Shown here in pieces: positions 58,480 through 64,000 of a stretch of 64,000 nucleotides of DNA. The notes beneath the pieces were generated by a model. That model was not told the DNA's origin. It worked only from the letters and a program-made list of their open reading frames with translations, and did not search any database. This DNA comes from Scyliorhinus canicula (taxonomy: Eukaryota), in NCBI RefSeq assembly GCF_902713615.1, contig NC_052161.1, positions 86,716,236 to 86,780,235 on the forward strand. Direction: 5' to 3'. Made by a program: the position numbers and the translations under genes. The stretch's first letter is position 1, and each line of letters starts with the position of its first letter.

Positions 58480-61250
58480 ACCAGCCATACAAATACAGTG
58501 ATGAAGAATTAAGCTTCATTGATTTCCCAGTGATGGGGCTGAGCCGAAAGGACGGCAGAATTGGCAAAAGCTGGAGAGGAAGAATGAAGCAATGACAAAG
58601 ACGTGAGGCGACGAGGATTTAGCCACACCCAAATGGGCTGCCGGGACAAATGCCAGGCTACCCTCTGATAAATGAATGGAGGGACCTCCTAACACAGGAG
58701 CTCCAAGTGCTCAGAGATGTCTCAGAGCGGCACGTGGTGCAGCGGTTAGCACTGCTGCCTCACGGTGCCGAGGACCCGGGTTCCATTCCGGCCCCGGATC
58801 ACTGTCCGTGTGGAGTTTGCACATTCCCCCCATGTCTGTGTGGGTCTCACACCTACAATCCATGGTAGGTGGATGGGCCACGCTAATTGCCCCTTAATTG
58901 GAAAAAAAAATTGGGTACTCTAAATTAAAAAAAAGAGCTGTGTTGAAATTAGAAAAGATGGCGAGGGTGAAGGTGGCCGTAGCAGAGGTGCTGGTCCCCT
59001 TCCATGCGGTGCTGGAAAAGGTGGAGCAGCGACTGGAGACACAGGAGTCGACGATCAGGGAGCTGGAGAAGGCTGCGGCTGACCAGAGTAACCAGATCGC
59101 CTCACTGGAGACAGAGATAGCAAGGTTGGTGGTGACAGAAAGGACGCTGAGGGGGAAGGGGCCTACCAGTGGGTACCAAGAGCAGGAACCCTATGGATTA
59201 CATGGCCCAGATGCTGAGCAAGCTTGTTGGTAAGGGAAAGCTTCACCAAGCCCCCAGAAGTGTCAGAGCCCACAGGTCACTCCGACCAAAGCCGGGGAAC
59301 AGCTACGTCCATCATTGCCAAACTGTACCGGTACCAAGACCGGAAAAGGATCCTAAACTTGGCAAGACACCCGTGGTCCTGGGAGGGACATTCTATCCGT
59401 GTGGACCAGGACATTAGGGCAAACCTGGCCAAGCGGCTGGCAAAATTCAACACAGCCAAGGCGGCCCTATACAAAAGCCAAGTGAGGTTTGGGATGCTGG
59501 GATGCTGGACTCCGCCAAACTCTGGGTGACTTTCCAGGGCAGGGACCACCACCACCACACCGGCAGCAGGGAATACCACTTCACCACACCGGCAGCAGGG
59601 AATACCACCACCACACCGGCAAAAGGGAATACCACTTCACCACACCGGCAGCAGGGAATACCACTTCACCACACCGGCAGCAGGGAATACCACCACCACA
59701 CCGGCAGCAGGGACCACCACCACCACACCGGCAGCAGGGAATACCACTTCACCATACCGGCAGCAGGGAATACCACTTCACCACACCGGCAGCAGGGAAT
59801 ACCACTTCACCACACCGGCAGCAGGGAATACCACTTCACCACACCGGCAGCAGGGAATACCACTTCACCACACCGGCAGCAGGGAATACCACTTCACCAC
59901 ACTGGCAGCAGGGAATACCACCACCACACCGGCAGCAGGGAATACCACCACCACACCGGCAGCAGGGAATACCACTTCACCACACCGGCAGCAGGGAATA
60001 CCACCACCACACCGGCAGCAGGGAATACCACCACCACACCGGCAGCAGGGAATACCACTTCACCACACCGGCAGCAGGGAATACCACTTCACCACACCGG
60101 CAGCAGGGAATACCACCACCACACCGGCAGCAGGGAATACCACTCCACACACCGGCAGCAGGGAATACCACTTCACCACACCGGCAGCAGGGAATACCAC
60201 TTCACCACACCGGCAGCAGGGAATACCACTTCACCACACCGGCAGCAGGGAATACCACCACCATACCGGCAGCAGGGAATACCACTTCACCATACCAGCA
60301 GTAGGGAATACCACTTCACCACACCAGCAGCAGGGAATACCACTTCACCACACCGGCAGCAGGGAATACCACTTCACCACACCGGCAGCAGGGAATACCA
60401 CTTCACCACACCGGGAGAATGGAATACCACTTCACCACACCGGCAGCAGGGAATACCACTTCACCACACCGGCAGCAGGGAATACCACTTCACCACACCG
60501 GCAGCGGGGAATACCACTTCACCGCACCGGCAGCAGGGAATACCACTTCACCGCACCGGCAGCAGGGAATACCACCACCACACCGGCAGCAGGGAATACC
60601 ACTCCACACACCGGCAGCAGGGAATACCACTTCACCACACCGGCAGCAGGGAATACCACCACCATACCGGCAGCAGGGAATACCACTTCACCACACAGGC
60701 AGCAGGGAATACCACTTCACCACACCGGCAGCAGGGAATACCACTTCACCACACCGGCAGCAGGGAATACCACTTCACCACACCAGCAGCAGGGAATACC
60801 ACTTCACCACACCGGCAGCAGGGAATACCACTTCACCACACCGGCAGCAGGGAATACCACTTCACCACACTGGCAGCAGGGAATACCACTTCACCACACT
60901 GGCAGCAGGGAATACCACTTCACCACACCGGCAGAAGCAGACATATTTATGCACAAGCACGAGCTGGGACGACAATGACAGAGGCAACAGCTAACCAACT
61001 CCATACTAGAGGTGGACTGGCAATATTCCTCGGCCCCAACCGTAGAGCTACTGGCGGAGAGGAAAAATTGCTACAAATGGACTTTGACCTGCTCTCCATG
61101 AGGAAAACAGTGAACCAACTCTGCCAGATGTAGGGGACCTTCTACGAACATGGAGACAAAGCCAGCCACCTTCTGGCCCACCAGCTGAGAAAGCAGCCAG
61201 CCACAAGGGAAAGATCTCAGGTTAAATACAGAAGCAGCAGGCAAAGATCA
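58480..61250 (+). mobile_element. Degenerate L1-type LINE (ORF1 coiled-coil and C-terminus, ORF2 remnant), with a SINE at 58727-58934
   Basis: Coiled-coil LEKVEQRLETQESTIRELE, IIAKL.RYQDR..IL, IRVDQD..LAKR..FN, ORF2 YEHGDKASHLLAHQLRKQ at ~61144. Confidence 0.75.
59546..60930. repeat. 29-bp minisatellite (26-bp variants) expanded inside L1 ORF1
   Basis: Unit caccacaccggcagcagggaataccactt. Confidence 0.95.
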
Positions 61251-61255
61251 ACGGG

Positions 61256-61595
61256 CCAACACGGTAGCATGGTGGTTAGCACAATTGCTTCACAGCTCCA
61301 GGGTCCCAGGTTCGATTCCCGGCTTGGGTCACTGTCTGTGTGGAGTCTGCACGTTCTCCCTGTGTCTGCGTGGGTTTCCTCCGGGTGTTCCGGTTTCCTC
61401 CTACTGTCCAAAGATGTGCAGGTTAGGTGGATTGTCCATGATAAATTGCCCTTAGTGTCCAAAATTGCCCTTAGTGTCGGGTGGGGTTACTGGATTATGG
61501 GGATAGGGTGGAGGTGTGGGTTTGGGTGAGAGCCGGTGCAGACTCGATGGGCCGAATGGCCTCCTTCTGCACTGTAAATTCTATGATTTCTATGA
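61256..61595 (+). mobile_element. HE1/V-SINE-like element with CR1-derived tail
   Basis: A and B boxes, V-domain core, GATGGGCCGAATGGCCTCCT tail. Confidence 0.85.
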
Positions 61596-61616
61596 TAAAC
61601 CGTTGCAACCTACAGT

Positions 61617-64000
61617 GATATGCAGAAGCAAGTGTAAGTGTAAATATGTTTAGCCTCCAAGCAGTAGGTGTTAGGTAAGTATAGCACGTGACACGTGGGA
61701 GTCTGGAGGAGAGATCATCGTGGTTGGTCATGTTTGTATTAGTTCCAGTTTGATAGCATTAGTTTCCTACCTAGTTTACTATGCTATGATAAAACTGACT
61801 CGTCTTGAACTAGATGTTCTTAGTACACCGACTCAGTAATTGTTTCTGTACAAGAACATAACATGGTGCCAGGAGTAGTGATCAAAGATCAGAAATATGA
61901 ACATTTGAAGGACATAGTCTTTAAATTTGGTGAAACAGTGCGACAAGGAAAACCTGGAACATCAAAGGAAATCTCTGAAAACGCAAAACCTGTGCAAGAA
62001 GAAGGTGGATATTTTAAAAACTCCGAAACAACTTTGTGTAACCGGCAATGTTGATGCCGATTGGTGCACATTTAAACAACAGTTTACACTGTATGTAGCA
62101 GCTCTAGGATTGCAGGTGCAGCCAGATGAAAGAAAGATAGCGTTGTTGCTAACGGTAGCCGGCCCACAGGTGATTGAGATTTATAACACCTTCGTATATG
62201 AACAAGAGGACAATAGTAAAAGCTTCGATGCCCTCATCTAAAAATTTGACGAGCATTGCACATTGAAAAAGAATAAAACTTTTTGAGCGATACATATTTT
62301 GAACACGCATGCAGAAGATGAGCGAGTCCTTTGATAGATTTCTTACTGACCTCAAGTTGAAAGCACAACGTGTAATTTCGCGGCTTTAAAATCTTCAATG
62401 ATTCGGGATCAAATTGTCTTTGGAGTAAATGATGATAAGGTGCGTGAACTTCTCTTACAGGAGAATGAGCTTCAGTTAGAGGACACAATTAAGATTTGCC
62501 CCGCTCGTAAACGAGCTGGGCAACATATCAGCACATTGAAGAACAAAGTTTTGGCGCGAAAATTGGGAGCAATGCTGGCGCCATAGTTGTTGTGATGTAC
62601 TCAGAAATTAAACATGGACTCCGCAGCGACGGCCATTTTAAATGCTCGGTAGAAGCAGCCATTACATGGAAAAGATGTGGAAACTGGCACCTACCGAGAC
62701 AATGTCCAACTTATGGCAAAATGTGCACAAAGTGCAAAGGGAAAAAACATTTTCCAAAACAATGTTTCACAAGCAAGAAAGTTAATGTAGGGAAGTCAAT
62801 CAATGCAATTTAAGAAATTAACTTGGAAGGCACATTTTTATTGATGTAGACACAGATGAAGACAGGGCAAACATAGCCAAAAGGAATAAAATCTCACCTC
62901 CAAGAACAAAAATGATAATGGAATAGTGACAAATGACAAATGGACAGTTTCTTTGTTGATAAATCGATCGCTTATCACTGTGAAGTTAGATTCAGGAGCA
63001 AGAGCAAACCTCATAAGCGTCAGTGATATCAAGGCTGTGCAATTAAAACCGAGAATATTGAACAAACCAGTCTTCTCGAAGGACTATAATGGTCAGAGAA
63101 TGGACACATTGGGAATGTGTGAATTGGACGCACAAGTAAAAGATAAAGTGCACAAAATTAAAATTCTCGATACTAGCTGCAGATTGTGAGTCATTATTAG
63201 ATGGTGAAGTGTGTGAACCACTGGAACTGGTGAGAAGAGTGTATAACACTGACTGTGTACTGAGCACACAGAGTGGATCAGTGGGGTCCATTGTGCTGGC
63301 TTTTCCAGAAATATTCCAGGGTTTTGGTGTTTTACCTTTCACTGACAGGATTCAATTAAACAATGATGCTCAATCAGTGATATATGTTCCAAGAAGAGTT
63401 CCAGCACCATTACGTGACCGTCTGAAAGCTGAATTAGACAGGATGACACATTTTGACGTTATAAAAAAGATTGAAGAGCCGACAGATTGGGTCAATTCGA
63501 TGGTATGTGTAAAAAAAAGATACAATGATCTTCGAATATGTATGGATCCCAAAAAATTTAAATGCAAATATAAAATGGAATCACTATTCGATACCTAAAA
63601 GAGAGGAGATCACAAGTGAGGTATCTGGTGCAAAATATTTCAGCAAATCTGATGCTTCGCAAGGATTCTGGCAGCTCAAGCTAGATGAAGAAAGTACCAA
63701 GTATTGTATGTTCAATACTCCGTTTGGTAGATATTGCTTTCTTCATATTCCCTTTGGCATAATCTCAGCATCAGGAATATTCCACAGAGCGATGGAACAT
63801 ATTACTGAAGGCATTCAGGATGTTCGAGTATACGTCGATGACATCATCATTTGGGGTTCCACCCAAGAGGAACACAATGACAGGCTAATTAGGGTATTAC
63901 AAAATTCAACAAAGCCAAATGTCAGTTTGGTGTAAATAAATAGCGTTCCTCGGAGAACGATTACCGGCTCAAGGAATAGAACCTGATGACATTAATAATA
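61617..64000 (+). mobile_element. Degenerate Mag-like Gypsy element (5' LTR to 61863, gag, PR, RT), running off the window
   Basis: PBS TGGTGCCAGGAGT at 61864, gag DWCTFKQQF..IRDQIVFG, PR KLDSGA, RT YVDD at ~63830. Confidence 0.88.

Noticed and set aside
58480-58590. Possible CD4 D1 exon after the strong minus-strand acceptor cttcctctccag
   Set aside because: No Ig motifs (no DxGxYxC) in the frames examined, and it lies in the 5' part of an L1 element.
645-60930. CRISPR-like arrays among the many tandem repeats
   Set aside because: Units are contiguous with no unique spacers, there are no cas genes, and the context is vertebrate.
59489-61133. 543-aa and 271-aa ORFs as genes
   Set aside because: They are stop-free readings of the 29-bp minisatellite.

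Overview
Vertebrate genomic DNA, most consistent with a shark or other cartilaginous fish. This is inferred from the V-SINE/HE1-type SINEs, CR1 LINEs and the CD4 tail type; the species is not established. About 90% of the window is repeats. The one host gene is a minus-strand Ig-superfamily receptor called CD4. Seven exons splice in frame with GT-AG boundaries: C2 domain D2 (56412-56633), V domain D3 (53467-53799), C2 domain D4 (46029-46286), TM (44185-44312), two cytoplasmic exons (42908-42960, 41235-41360) and a terminal exon (35442-35472). The ~75-aa tail carries RPLPPLP directly followed by a CxH (YCPH) LCK-type motif. The leader and D1 were not found and probably lie beyond base 64000. 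The rest is satellites (50, 70, 37, 69, 37 and 29 bp units), CR1, L1 and Penelope-like fragments, SINEs, a hAT MITE and nested Ty3/Gypsy elements. Main leads: (1) a Gypsy group with no tRNA primer-binding site, where the bases right after the 5' LTR are the reverse complement of the element's own poly(A)-signal segment 50-51 nt upstream, co-varying across four different segment sequences (possible self-priming or poly(A) occlusion); (2) a NAP1 histone-chaperone-like ORF lying behind an LTR and a Gypsy protease fragment; (3) inverted 69-bp satellite blocks flanking the CD4 TM exon; (4) an LTR-supplied alternative poly(A) signal after a splice donor that overlaps a stop codon.
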